Translations under genes and position numbers: made by a program | IMG/VR virus record: IMGVR_UViG_3300042310_000377 | Coordinates: 1 to 39,937 of that record | Reading direction: 5' to 3' (one strand) | DNA: 39,937 bases | From: a virus | Taxonomy: Duplodnaviria > Caudoviricetes | Notes under the pieces: model-generated | Told to the model about the DNA's origin: nothing | Database searches by the model: none | Seen by the model: only the letters and a program-made list of their open reading frames with translations | Part shown: piece by piece, positions 24,254-33,430 of the stretch | How positions within the stretch are numbered: the stretch's first letter is position 1 | Layout: the number at the start of each line of letters is the position of its first letter

Positions 24254-26061
24254 TGGCGTTCTCGATCTACTCACTGATGGCGGAGGTTTGGCGGCCAACG
24301 CCGAAGCTCCCGGTGGACGAGTGGCTGCGCACGCATGTGCGGTTCGAGCGCGGGCCGATTCTCGGGTCATTCGACGTGCGGAACTCGCCGTGGATCAAGG
24401 CGCCGCTTGAAGAGCTGCGAAATCACGAGACGCGGGAGATTATCTGCGCGTGCTCGGTGCAAAGTGCGAAAACCGCCTTGGCCGAGGGTGCCATGCTCTA
24501 CCTGATCGCGGAGGAAGGCGGGGACATGTGTCTGTACCTTCAAACCGACGAGCACGCCGACGAGTTTCTAGACACCCGTTTCAAACATCGCATTCTCGAC
24601 TGCAAGCCAGTGCGGGCAATGCTCAACAAAGGAGACAAAAGCATTCAGAAGCGAACGGTGGCGTTCGCTCACATGACCCAGTACGTAATGGGCGCCAGCA
24701 ACATTCACAATCTCCAGTCAAAAGCGGCGCGCTACGTCATCGGCGACGAGGCGGCTTACTGGACGCATGGCCACATCGACGAGTCACGCAAGCGAACAAC
24801 CTCGTTCGATGCGCGCAACTCCAAGCGGATCTACGTCAGCACGCCGATGAACAATAGCGGCGAGTTTTACGAGAGCTTTTCCGCTGGGTCATGCAGCGAG
24901 TGGCACGTCGCTTGTCCGGCGTGCGGAGAGAAGTGGCCGATGGTACTCGGTCAGCTTAAGTGGGACGGCGAAGGCGCCAAGCTCGCGGATGGCAAATACG
25001 ACCTCGCGCGCATTAAAAACACGGTGCGTTACGAGTGCCCTTCCTGCAAAGTCCACCTAAAGGACGAGCCGCAAGTTCGTCGGCAGATCGCAAACAGCGG
25101 GTTCTATCAAAATCAGAACTCGGCACCAGATCCGCGCGTAAAAAGCTATCACTGGAATGCTCTAACGGTTCCATGGGTTGCGTGGGACACGATCGCCAGC
25201 GAGTTCCTGAAGGCTGAACACGCGCGAAAACTGGGCGATTACTCGCCATTGGCGGAGTTTGTGCGCAAGCGGTTAGGTGAGTTCTGGGATATGCGGGAGT
25301 TCCAGTCCGAAGAGGTCAATTTGTCGGGTGGATTCGCAATGGAGGAGCCGTGGGAGCACGAATACCGCCGTTACATGACCGTTGACGTTCAGCGCGACTA
25401 TTTCCGCGTCATCGTGCGGTTGTGGGCTGAGAACGGCGAATCTCGACTGTTTTACGCTGGCGAGCTGCATACATGGGCGCAACTGGCCGACCTACAGAAG
25501 AGATTGGAGATTACCGACAGGCGCGTGTTCGTCGATTGCGGGTTTGAGCGGTACCAAGGGGAGGTTTACCGCCAGTGTGCGGCCAATAACTGGATCGCAT
25601 TGAAGGGCGACAGGGCGCAGTTTTTTACGTGGACACTGCTAGACAAGCGGACCGGTCGCAGCCGATCGGTCAAACGTCCTTATTCGCAGATCCAGCACGT
25701 CGATTCGGGCGTGGGACTTGCAAGATCGAAGGTGCGCAACGCTCGGCAGGCTGACTTGTGTGACAGAATCATGTGGTCAAGCGACTACATCAAGCTGGTT
25801 CTGCATCGCCTGCGCGCAGGCCAGGGCGCATCGTGGCAGATCGCGCACAATGCGCCTAAATGGTACTTTAAAGAGATCCAGAACGAGGTGTTTGTCACCG
25901 AGAAGGACAAGCGGACCGGCAAAAACAAGACGTTCTTTAAAAAGCTCGGCGAAAACCACTCGTTCGACGCCGAAGCAATGCAGGTTCTGGCCGCCTGCAT
26001 CGAAAAAATCATCGGACAGGCCGAAATCATCACAAACGAGGCAGAGTCTGTCAACGCTTGA
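24253..26061 (+). CDS. terL: Terminase large subunit, lambda GpA family
   Basis: SVQSAKT, VIGDE, YVSTP, CPAC/CPSC, MTVDVQ, FVDCG, NHSFDA. Confidence 0.92.
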   Translation: MAFSIYSLMAEVWRPTPKLPVDEWLRTHVRFERGPILGSFDVRNSPWIKAPLEELRNHETREIICACSVQSAKTALAEGAMLYLIAEEGGDMCLYLQTDEHADEFLDTRFKHRILDCKPVRAMLNKGDKSIQKRTVAFAHMTQYVMGASNIHNLQSKAARYVIGDEAAYWTHGHIDESRKRTTSFDARNSKRIYVSTPMNNSGEFYESFSAGSCSEWHVACPACGEKWPMVLGQLKWDGEGAKLADGKYDLARIKNTVRYECPSCKVHLKDEPQVRRQIANSGFYQNQNSAPDPRVKSYHWNALTVPWVAWDTIASEFLKAEHARKLGDYSPLAEFVRKRLGEFWDMREFQSEEVNLSGGFAMEEPWEHEYRRYMTVDVQRDYFRVIVRLWAENGESRLFYAGELHTWAQLADLQKRLEITDRRVFVDCGFERYQGEVYRQCAANNWIALKGDRAQFFTWTLLDKRTGRSRSVKRPYSQIQHVDSGVGLARSKVRNARQADLCDRIMWSSDYIKLVLHRLRAGQGASWQIAHNAPKWYFKEIQNEVFVTEKDKRTGKNKTFFKKLGENHSFDAEAMQVLAACIEKIIGQAEIITNEAESVNA

Positions 26062-26080
26062 CAGGCTGAGTGACTTTATG
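26058..26080 (+). promoter_or_regulatory. Late motif TTGACA-N13-TATG
   Basis: TTGACA 26058-63, ATG 26078. Confidence 0.75.
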
Positions 26081-26353
26081 GGCGGACCTTCGATTTTACG
26101 TTACGCTTCGCTGCAATATTGCGAAACGCTTTACGATCAGTGCTTATCGGCGCTGACCGAAGGACAGGGCACCATCGTGATTAGTACATCGGGCGGCGGT
26201 GAGTCCGAGACCCGCGCGTCTGGCACGGACGGAGGCATTCCCGTGATGACTTTGATGCGGGCTGTGATGCGGAGAATGCACCAGCTCGACCCAGTGAAAT
26301 ATCCACTCATCTCCAACCGCCTTAAACCTGACTTTTCCACGTTCCCGCTATGA
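26078..26353 (+). CDS. Head-tail joining protein (gpW position)
   Basis: Between terL and portal, as in lambda. Confidence 0.55.
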   Translation: MGGPSILRYASLQYCETLYDQCLSALTEGQGTIVISTSGGGESETRASGTDGGIPVMTLMRAVMRRMHQLDPVKYPLISNRLKPDFSTFPL

Positions 26354-28008
26354 GTTTTATTGAGCAAACTATCAGGTTCTTCAGTCCGGCCACCGCGTTG
26401 CAACGCCAGCGTGCGAAGGCGCAGCTAGAGGCAGGCGACAAGGTGGGTTACTGGCGCGTCGGGGCGCAGTCATCGACCAATCGTCGGGCGAGCGGACAAA
26501 CACTGGATCAGCCTGATTCCAGCCGCAATCACACCGACCGGGTGACACTCATCCGTGAAGCGCGGTGGCTGGAAGAGAACAGCAGCGTGGTGAAGTCGAT
26601 TCTGCGCAAGTACCGGACCTTTTCAGTGGGCCGTTTGCAGTACGTGCCGCGCACCAGCTCCGAGGAAGCGAACAAGGCGATCACGGCGTATGTCGAGCGA
26701 TGGATGGCAAGCTGCGACCTGACCCGGCGCCATCACTTCCGGGTGCTGGCCGGGCTGGGCGTTACCAGCATGAAGCGTGACGGTGACATTGGCTACATCG
26801 TGTCGGAGGTGCCGATGACACCGCTGGACGAGATGCTGAAGATCAGTCCGATTCGGCTACAGGCCATCGAGGCTGACCGCATCGGCTCGATTCCAAACCG
26901 CAACGGGACGGACACAAAGCCATTCAAACCGCTTAAAAGGGGCGAACAAGACTTTTCCGGCGTCGTCATCGACTCGATGGGTAGGCCGATCCGATACCGG
27001 ATTTACAACCGCAGCACGACCGGCGAAATGATGATGCCGGCGCTTGAGGTGCCAGCACAGGAGTTCTTGCACTTGTTCGACCCCACCCGGTTAGACTCTT
27101 ATCGCGGGTTCTCGGCGTTCGATGCGGCCATTACCGACATCAAAGACCTGCAAGAGATCCTCGCGTGCGAGAAAATCTCAGTGAAGTACCTTTCATCAAT
27201 CAGCGGTGTCATTAACAACGCGGATGGAAGCGCGGATCAAGATGTATCGCTCGACACCACGCACGCGGACTACATGAGTGACGCCGACCGCATGAAAAAG
27301 GTCGAGCCAGGGGCCATTCAGTACCTCGCCGAGGGCGAATCGTTCAACCCGGTTGATTTTAACCGCCCGTCACCAACCTTTAACGGGTTCCTTGACACTC
27401 TCGTTCGCTCGACCGGTCTGACCGTCGGGCTTCCGTTCGGCTTCATCTATTCTTGGGCAGGCCAGGGGACAGCGGTCCGAATGGAAGCGGCGCAGGCTGC
27501 GCGGGAGTTTGAGATGACGCAGCTAACGCTGGAAGAGAAGTTCCTTTATCCGATCGTAATGCGCGTCATCGCTCGCGGTATCCAGCTAGGCCACTTGCCA
27601 GCCGTGGCTGACTTTGATGCGGGTGAATGGCGCTTTCCGGCGAAGGTTACAGCCGACATCGGGCGCGAATCGAAAGCTCTGATCGACGAGACCATGGCTG
27701 GGATTATCAGCAAGACGCAGATTGCAGCGGATCGCGGTGAAGATCGCAACATCATTCGCAGCCTGCTACGCGCGGAAGCCATGGAGCTTGTCGAGGACGC
27801 CAAGATGGTGCAAGACGCATCGGGCGGAGTGCTGGATCTGCCAACTGCCATCTACATGCTAGAACGGCGGGCTCCTAACGCGCCGGCTATCCCGGCGCCA
27901 GCGGCTGCACCTGCGGAGGACGTGCCAGAGATTGAGGACGAAGAGTCACCCGAGGAGGAGGCCGAAGATATTGCCGAGGACGAGGCCGAGGCTGGTAGCA
28001 CTGATTGA
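26350..28008 (+). CDS. Portal protein, lambda family
   Basis: ARWLEEN, RDGD, LQAIEADRI, GRPIRYRI, HLFDPTRLDSYRG. Confidence 0.9.
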   Translation: MSFIEQTIRFFSPATALQRQRAKAQLEAGDKVGYWRVGAQSSTNRRASGQTLDQPDSSRNHTDRVTLIREARWLEENSSVVKSILRKYRTFSVGRLQYVPRTSSEEANKAITAYVERWMASCDLTRRHHFRVLAGLGVTSMKRDGDIGYIVSEVPMTPLDEMLKISPIRLQAIEADRIGSIPNRNGTDTKPFKPLKRGEQDFSGVVIDSMGRPIRYRIYNRSTTGEMMMPALEVPAQEFLHLFDPTRLDSYRGFSAFDAAITDIKDLQEILACEKISVKYLSSISGVINNADGSADQDVSLDTTHADYMSDADRMKKVEPGAIQYLAEGESFNPVDFNRPSPTFNGFLDTLVRSTGLTVGLPFGFIYSWAGQGTAVRMEAAQAAREFEMTQLTLEEKFLYPIVMRVIARGIQLGHLPAVADFDAGEWRFPAKVTADIGRESKALIDETMAGIISKTQIAADRGEDRNIIRSLLRAEAMELVEDAKMVQDASGGVLDLPTAIYMLERRAPNAPAIPAPAAAPAEDVPEIEDEESPEEEAEDIAEDEAEAGSTD

Positions 28009-28027
28009 CATCGGTTTGGCGTGTATG
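28005..28027 (+). promoter_or_regulatory. Late motif TTGACA-N13-TATG
   Basis: TTGACA 28005-10, ATG 28025. Confidence 0.75.
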
Positions 28028-28936
28028 CCAGTCACCGAAGAGATTCAGACATTCGCAGCGTTTCAGGGCAAGGTTTCAGGAAATACCATCATGGGTGTTT
28101 CCTTGATCCAAGAAGGGCCTGCGCTCGGGCACGGCGTGTTCGTGGACAAGCGTTCGCTTAACAAGTTCAAGTCGCTGGCCATCGAAAAGGGACGGGTAAA
28201 GGCAAAGCTGAATCACTTCTCTTCCGTCGAGGACACCGTTGGCTACTACGAGAACTTCCGGGTGAGCAAAGGCAAGCTCCTAGCGGATCTGACCTTGTTT
28301 GAAGCGCACAGCGGAAAGGAGATGCTGTTGGAGATGATCAACGAGATTCCATCCGCTTTCGGCGTGAGCTTGATGTTTGCAGCGGATGCGCCAGAGTTGG
28401 ACAAAGAGAGCGGAAACTACATGACCCGCCCACGCGGACTGTACTCGGCAGATTTTGTGGACACACCCGCAGCCAATGCGGATGGAGTGTTTTCGGCTGA
28501 TCAGATTGACAGCGAAGAAAATGATATGCCGACTGAACCCGTGGCTTCCACGCCAGAACCTCAAGTTGATTTCTCCGCTTTGATTGCGGAACAGTTCGCC
28601 GCGTTTACCGCTAAGTTCGATGCGGTGGCTACGCAATTCGCCGAAGACAATGCCAAGGTTCTCGCCGAGTGCGAACAACTCAAGGCTGACCTCAAAGCGT
28701 TGCAGGCTGGCAACAGCGACATTGAGCTGCAAGCTCGCCTCGCCGCCGCCGCTCCTGCTCCTGCTGCGTTTGCCGCCCCTATCAACGAGCCAGAGGTAAA
28801 GGTGCCAGCCATCTCTTACCACGAAGCCAAGAATCAAGCCATCGGCACCTCAACCGGTCTCGATCGCTTGAAAGCGGTTCGCGCGTTCACCGAAAAATTC
28901 CCAACCGAGGCCGCATACGTCTCGGCCAACTCATAA
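28025..28936 (+). CDS. Prohead protease with C-terminal scaffold
   Basis: GPALGHG, LNH, FGVSL, SADFVDTPAAN; helical Ala-rich C-terminus. Confidence 0.75.
   Translation: MPVTEEIQTFAAFQGKVSGNTIMGVSLIQEGPALGHGVFVDKRSLNKFKSLAIEKGRVKAKLNHFSSVEDTVGYYENFRVSKGKLLADLTLFEAHSGKEMLLEMINEIPSAFGVSLMFAADAPELDKESGNYMTRPRGLYSADFVDTPAANADGVFSADQIDSEENDMPTEPVASTPEPQVDFSALIAEQFAAFTAKFDAVATQFAEDNAKVLAECEQLKADLKALQAGNSDIELQARLAAAAPAPAAFAAPINEPEVKVPAISYHEAKNQAIGTSTGLDRLKAVRAFTEKFPTEAAYVSANS
28506..28528 (+). promoter_or_regulatory. Late motif TTGACA-N13-TATG inside the protease gene
   Basis: TTGACA 28506-11, in-frame ATG 28526. Confidence 0.7.
28526..28936 (+). CDS. Scaffold protein from an internal in-frame start (Nu3-like)
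   Basis: Motif-marked ATG right after the protease domain. Confidence 0.65.
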   Translation: MPTEPVASTPEPQVDFSALIAEQFAAFTAKFDAVATQFAEDNAKVLAECEQLKADLKALQAGNSDIELQARLAAAAPAPAAFAAPINEPEVKVPAISYHEAKNQAIGTSTGLDRLKAVRAFTEKFPTEAAYVSANS

Positions 28937-28954
28937 CAACTTTCTCTCAAGACC

Positions 28955-29896
28955 ATGCCACAAGCCAATCTTCTCGATATTGCCAAACTCAACGGCTCCG
29001 ACACCATCGTCGGGCTGATTGAGGAAACGCTGACCTACGCTCCCGAAGTTCAGATCCTGCCAGCCCGCACCATTCGCGGCACCAGCTACAAAGTCGTCTC
29101 TCGTACGTCTTATCCTGGCGTCGGGTTCCGCGCTGCTAACGAAGGCTCGACTCCGACGAAATCGAGTTTTGAAAACCAACTGATCGAGTGCTACATTCTC
29201 AGTGGCGCCGTTCAGGCCGACATTGCGGTCGCTCGCGCTTACGAGGACGGGGAACAAGCCTGGAAAGACGTGGAAGCCGTTGGCGTCATGCGCCAAGCCT
29301 TGATTGAACTCGGTTCACAGGTCATCTACGGAACTTCGGTTGATTCCAAGGGCTTCCCTGGCTTGCAGGCAATTCACACCGCGTTCAACGCTGGTTTGGT
29401 TGTCGATGCTGGCGGAACTACCGGCGGAACCGCTTCCTCGGTGTACGGCATCAACACCGACACTCAAGGCGTGCAGCTCGTATTCGGCTCCGGCACCACC
29501 TTTGAACTGGGTGAATGGCGCATCGAAAACGTGGGAACCGATACGGTTTATCCTGCGCACGTTGCTAACTTGACCGCTTGGGTCGGGATGCAAGTCGGAA
29601 GCAAGTACAGCGTTGGCCGCCTCAAAGATGCGACCGCTGACTCGGGCGCCGGCGTCACCGATGCCAAGCTCGCCGAGTTGCTCAGCAAATACCCAGTCGG
29701 CTACCGTCCGAATTACTGGCTCATGAACCGCCGGTCCGCTTACCAGCTCCAAGTGAGTCGGTCCGCTTCCAGCGTTCAGAACGGTGTCAAAACCTCAAGC
29801 GGTTCTGAGATCTTTGCCCCTCTGCCTACTGAGTCGAACGGCATCCCGATCGTCATCACCGATTCCATCCTCAACGACGAAGCTCTGACCGCTTAA
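28955..29896 (+). CDS. Major capsid protein (HK97 fold)
   Basis: 313 aa after the scaffold; FRAANEG, YG....KGFPGL, GIPIVITDSI. Confidence 0.85.
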   Translation: MPQANLLDIAKLNGSDTIVGLIEETLTYAPEVQILPARTIRGTSYKVVSRTSYPGVGFRAANEGSTPTKSSFENQLIECYILSGAVQADIAVARAYEDGEQAWKDVEAVGVMRQALIELGSQVIYGTSVDSKGFPGLQAIHTAFNAGLVVDAGGTTGGTASSVYGINTDTQGVQLVFGSGTTFELGEWRIENVGTDTVYPAHVANLTAWVGMQVGSKYSVGRLKDATADSGAGVTDAKLAELLSKYPVGYRPNYWLMNRRSAYQLQVSRSASSVQNGVKTSSGSEIFAPLPTESNGIPIVITDSILNDEALTA

Positions 29897-29915
29897 TCTT
29901 TAAAGAATTACTACA

Positions 29916-30326
29916 ATGGCTAACGAATTTTCTCGAAACATTCAAGACGCGGATTTTGTTAAATCCCGTGCTTTGACCGCCAGCGACGGAAGCGTGGCTT
30001 CTGCTGACCTTGACCTCGGCACTAACTCGAAAGGGTTTTTCCCTGAGAACACCGAAGTCGAAGTCTTGATTCCTGCGCTGACCTCGACCCAGCTCGCTTC
30101 GGCGGACACGCTGACTATCCTTTTGCAGGGTGGCGCGGCGACCGGATCGACCACCAGCCTGGGTCTCTCGGCAGTGCTGACTGGCACAGGCAGCGCAATT
30201 CCTGAAACGTCCTTCCGGTTCCGGCTGCCTTCTCCTGCTCCGCGCTATGTGAACGCCAAGTTCACCACCGCCGGCACTACGGGCGACATGAGCGCCAAAA
30301 CGGCGTTCTTGAAACTGCTCTTCTAG
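29916..30326 (+). CDS. Capsid decoration/cement protein (Bbp16-like)
   Basis: Follows the MCP; beta-rich, DLG...RYV motif; before a terminator. Confidence 0.55.
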   Translation: MANEFSRNIQDADFVKSRALTASDGSVASADLDLGTNSKGFFPENTEVEVLIPALTSTQLASADTLTILLQGGAATGSTTSLGLSAVLTGTGSAIPETSFRFRLPSPAPRYVNAKFTTAGTTGDMSAKTAFLKLLF

Positions 30327-30353
30327 TTTTTGGTGTAGTGTGTCGTTATCGTA

Positions 30354-30391
30354 GGCGGCTGACAGGCTTTCATGCTTGTCAGCCGCTTTTT
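30354..30391 (+). terminator. Rho-independent terminator after capsid genes
   Basis: GGCGGCTGACAGGC-TTTCAT-GCTTGTCAGCCGCT followed by a T tract. Confidence 0.85.
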
Positions 30392-30396
30392 ATTGT

Positions 30397-30756
30397 ATGA
30401 CCTACGCGCAACGCATCGCATCCGCTCATGGACGCATCCGCACCAAGTTTGGGACGGATGCCAGTGGCGCGCAACTTTACGTTTGGCACAACAACGTGCA
30501 GATTCACGCCTACCAGCCGACCGGCAAGAACAGCCGAAACCTGATGGCTCAGATCATCGTCAAAGACGACACGGTGAGTGTCATCGCAACAAAAGCGCAG
30601 TTCGCGACCGTTCCAAAGATCAACGACGAGATCAAGATGGGGACGGTGCTGGCCACAGCGGTCGTCTATCGTATCGACAGCGTGACCACCACGCACATCC
30701 GACCATTCTACGATCTGGAATTGATCGACCCGAACATGGAGGCAACGGCGGCATGA
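30397..30756 (+). CDS. Head-tail adaptor/closure protein
   Basis: Synteny; PKINDEI...YRIDSV. Confidence 0.6.
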   Translation: MTYAQRIASAHGRIRTKFGTDASGAQLYVWHNNVQIHAYQPTGKNSRNLMAQIIVKDDTVSVIATKAQFATVPKINDEIKMGTVLATAVVYRIDSVTTTHIRPFYDLELIDPNMEATAA

Positions 30757-31409
30757 GCTTGATAGTGAAGTTTAATACTTCTCTCTTGGAAAAGGCAATG
30801 GCCGATTACAAGAAGATGAAGAAAAAAAGCGACGCATCCGTCGTAAATAAAGCGATGAAGTTCTGGCTGCCGTTTGCTGCAAACAAAGTCAAACAAAAGT
30901 CAACAACAGCCGCTCAAGTGCGAATGGAGCTGACTGGGCAATCAAAGAGAATCAGCAAGGTAGTAAAAAAGAAGCGCAACCAGCTTACAAACAGCGTTGC
31001 GTTTGCAATCGTAAAATCACGCCTTCGCAAAAAGGGTAGAAAATATCTTTCTAAAAAAGACGCTTTTGTGAATGATTTTTATGAGGCTGTCGAAAATTTT
31101 GTAAATGCACGCGTGCGTTCGATTGGTTATTTAGCCGCTGGTTTTATACCGGCTTATAAATCTTTTAACGTGCCAAGAAAAGGCATGCCGCGTAATCAAA
31201 AAAGATTTAAAGGGCATTCGCTTGGAAGAAAAGCAGTGCCGGTTTCAAACGGCAAAGTAGCCGCGTTTGCTACCGTAAAACGTGAAGGCGCCTTCATTAT
31301 TGCGCCTAAAGCATTTACTTCATCCATCCCAGAAGTGCGTCGGCAGTTTATCAAATGGATGGCAGAGGACGTAAAAGACGTGGCCAAGAAAACAGGATTT
31401 AAGAAATGA
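30753..31409 (+). CDS. Basic neck/tail-completion protein
   Basis: Synteny; Lys/Arg-rich; AT-rich DNA. Confidence 0.55.
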   Translation: MSLIVKFNTSLLEKAMADYKKMKKKSDASVVNKAMKFWLPFAANKVKQKSTTAAQVRMELTGQSKRISKVVKKKRNQLTNSVAFAIVKSRLRKKGRKYLSKKDAFVNDFYEAVENFVNARVRSIGYLAAGFIPAYKSFNVPRKGMPRNQKRFKGHSLGRKAVPVSNGKVAAFATVKREGAFIIAPKAFTSSIPEVRRQFIKWMAEDVKDVAKKTGFKK

Positions 31410-31891
31410 TCACTTACCCAATCTGCCCCTCCGACCGACTACAGCGGCGCCTGATTACGGTGCTGGATGACGAGCTTTTGCCATTGTCCGCATTTACTGG
31501 CTTCACGCTCTGCGACGACCGCGAAAACGACGAGGTAAAGCTGCCGTTTATCGTAGTTCGCGTGACCGAATCCGATGAAATCCCGCAGGCCGGGACCGTC
31601 TGGCATTGCCGGCTAAACGTGAACATGGTGGAAGATCGGCAAGAGGCGAATCTGACGCTAGGTGCGGATGCTCGACCTAGGCACGAGCTGCGGGCTGAGA
31701 ATATTTCCGCGCTTCTGTTTGGCGTCTGGAACACGACCACGCTGGGCCAGAAGATCAACGCAATCAGCAACGGCCAGGGCGTTTACGTGCTCAAGCAGCA
31801 CAGTAACAACATGACGCCGGGGACAAGCGAGAATGACACCCTCTCGACCGAGTACGCCTTCACTATCATCTGCGCATCGACGCAGCAGTAA
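31406..31891 (+). CDS. Tail terminator-like protein
   Basis: Synteny; LPFIVV motif. Confidence 0.55.
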   Translation: MITYPICPSDRLQRRLITVLDDELLPLSAFTGFTLCDDRENDEVKLPFIVVRVTESDEIPQAGTVWHCRLNVNMVEDRQEANLTLGADARPRHELRAENISALLFGVWNTTTLGQKINAISNGQGVYVLKQHSNNMTPGTSENDTLSTEYAFTIICASTQQ

Positions 31892-31893
31892 GA

Positions 31894-31916
31894 TTGACAC
31901 GAGCTTTTTAAATATG
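31894..31916 (+). promoter_or_regulatory. Late motif TTGACA-N13-TATG
   Basis: TTGACA 31894-99, ATG 31914. Confidence 0.75.
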
Positions 31917-32318
31917 CCTGCCGTCGCCGCTTTGATTCAACACGGAAATATCCCATCCTCAACGCTGCTGGATGAGAGCAATGCCACCACACCGGACATT
32001 CTGGTTCAGTCTTTGACGATCACCGCTGCGCGTGATGAGAAGGCTTACCTCAACGCTGCTGGCGCTACCTTTGGTCTTGAGTACCGCAACCCGACGATTA
32101 CCTTCGCGTTCGATGGTTACCTTTCCAACAAGACAACCGGTCTCGCCAATCAACACCCAGGAACGGAAGTCTTGACGCTGGCCAACTTTACGGCCAACAC
32201 CTACGGGTTCGTTCCCGGCGATGGCACCATGATTTTCATGGACCCTAACCGCTCCGAGACCAACACCGAAATGGCCAAGACTACGTTCTCGGTGAAGCAG
32301 TACCCATTCGTCGCTTAA
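31914..32318 (+). CDS. Probable tail tube (major tail) protein
   Basis: Synteny upstream of chaperones/TMP; beta-rich, 134 aa. Confidence 0.6.
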   Translation: MPAVAALIQHGNIPSSTLLDESNATTPDILVQSLTITAARDEKAYLNAAGATFGLEYRNPTITFAFDGYLSNKTTGLANQHPGTEVLTLANFTANTYGFVPGDGTMIFMDPNRSETNTEMAKTTFSVKQYPFVA

Positions 32319-32320
32319 TC

Positions 32321-32722
32321 ATGGAAAGCTGGATCGCCTGCACGGACGTGGATGTCGCGTCCGCTTTCATGACCATGGGTGTTGTGATGAAGCCAGTGGT
32401 GCAGGTGCGGGCGGACAATGGAAAGGAGTACGTCACGATGTACCTTTCCACGACATCGGTGACGATGCCGGACTTGAATGTCGGGCATTTGATGAAAGCG
32501 TTGATGTCGGGTGAGCTGCAAAAGCTCGATCCGCATCATGAGCTGCTCGGCTACTTGATGGCGATCAAAAACAGACACGCGGCCAAGCGCGCGCTTGACT
32601 CAGCAGAGCGCCAAGTGCTAATTACAAGGAAGGGCACCACCCGCACAGCTTATGTGCGCGAATCCATTACCAACAAAGGAATGGAAATGGCTGACCGATT
32701 CCTTGCAACTGGCCGACCATGA
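32321..32722 (+). CDS. Hypothetical protein in tail cluster
   Basis: Packed ORF. Confidence 0.6.
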   Translation: MESWIACTDVDVASAFMTMGVVMKPVVQVRADNGKEYVTMYLSTTSVTMPDLNVGHLMKALMSGELQKLDPHHELLGYLMAIKNRHAAKRALDSAERQVLITRKGTTRTAYVRESITNKGMEMADRFLATGRP

Positions 32723-33171
32723 TAGACATTCAAACCCAAGAGGACGACGGGATTTCACTAGTGAACCTGCCAAACGAGCAGGAGCAGCGCAGAACAGACG
32801 CATTCAATGCGGCCTATGAGTGGAAGGGAAAAACATTTGAAGGCGTCTCGTGCTCGCGAAAGGACATCTGGGTTTCGATGTGCCACAAATCCGGCTTTCC
32901 AACGCTGGATGCGTGCTTTGACGAGTTTTCGCTATTCGCGCCGCTCAGTAAGGTGCTGATCTTTGTTTGCATCACGCCGACCGCACAGCTCCGCAAGCTG
33001 CGCGCGCAAGGCATCCAAGCGTTGATTGATGCGTGCGACGACTGGATCGACGCCAACATCAAGATTTCAGAAGAGCGTGATGCAATCAGCCTTGGGCTTC
33101 GCATCCTGAACGACTCAACGGCCAATCAGTCCGAGGTGGTGCAAACAGCCGGCTCTGAGGGAAAGCGTTAG
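32719..33171 (+). CDS. Tail assembly chaperone (gpG-like)
   Basis: Ends with slippery G GGA AAG. Confidence 0.75.
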   Translation: MIDIQTQEDDGISLVNLPNEQEQRRTDAFNAAYEWKGKTFEGVSCSRKDIWVSMCHKSGFPTLDACFDEFSLFAPLSKVLIFVCITPTAQLRKLRAQGIQALIDACDDWIDANIKISEERDAISLGLRILNDSTANQSEVVQTAGSEGKR

Positions 33172-33416
33172 CCAGTCCGGTCTTTCAAGCGCACTACGTG
33201 TCATTGGTGCGTCCGATTACTGGACTGACGGAGCAGGAGGTGCTGTGGGAGCTGCCGTTGTGTCGCGGGCTTGCTTACCTGCACATGGCGTTGGTCAAGG
33301 AAGGCATCGAAACCCAGTGGGTCGGGCACGATATGATGGAGGACGAGACCATCAAGAACGCCATGGATTACATCCAGCGGCGTAAGACGAGCAGGCTTGT
33401 CAATTCATTGACATAA
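33159..33416 (+). CDS. -1 frameshift extension (gpT-like); slippery site GGGAAAG 33159-33165
   Basis: Same heptamer as lambda G-T; the -1 frame is open to 33416. Confidence 0.8.
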   Translation, partial: GKALASPVFQAHYVSLVRPITGLTEQEVLWELPLCRGLAYLHMALVKEGIETQWVGHDMMEDETIKNAMDYIQRRKTSRLVNSLT

Positions 33417-33430
33417 CGAATGGCTTTATG
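33408..33430 (+). promoter_or_regulatory. Late motif TTGACA-N13-TATG
   Basis: TTGACA 33408-13, ATG 33428. Confidence 0.75.
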
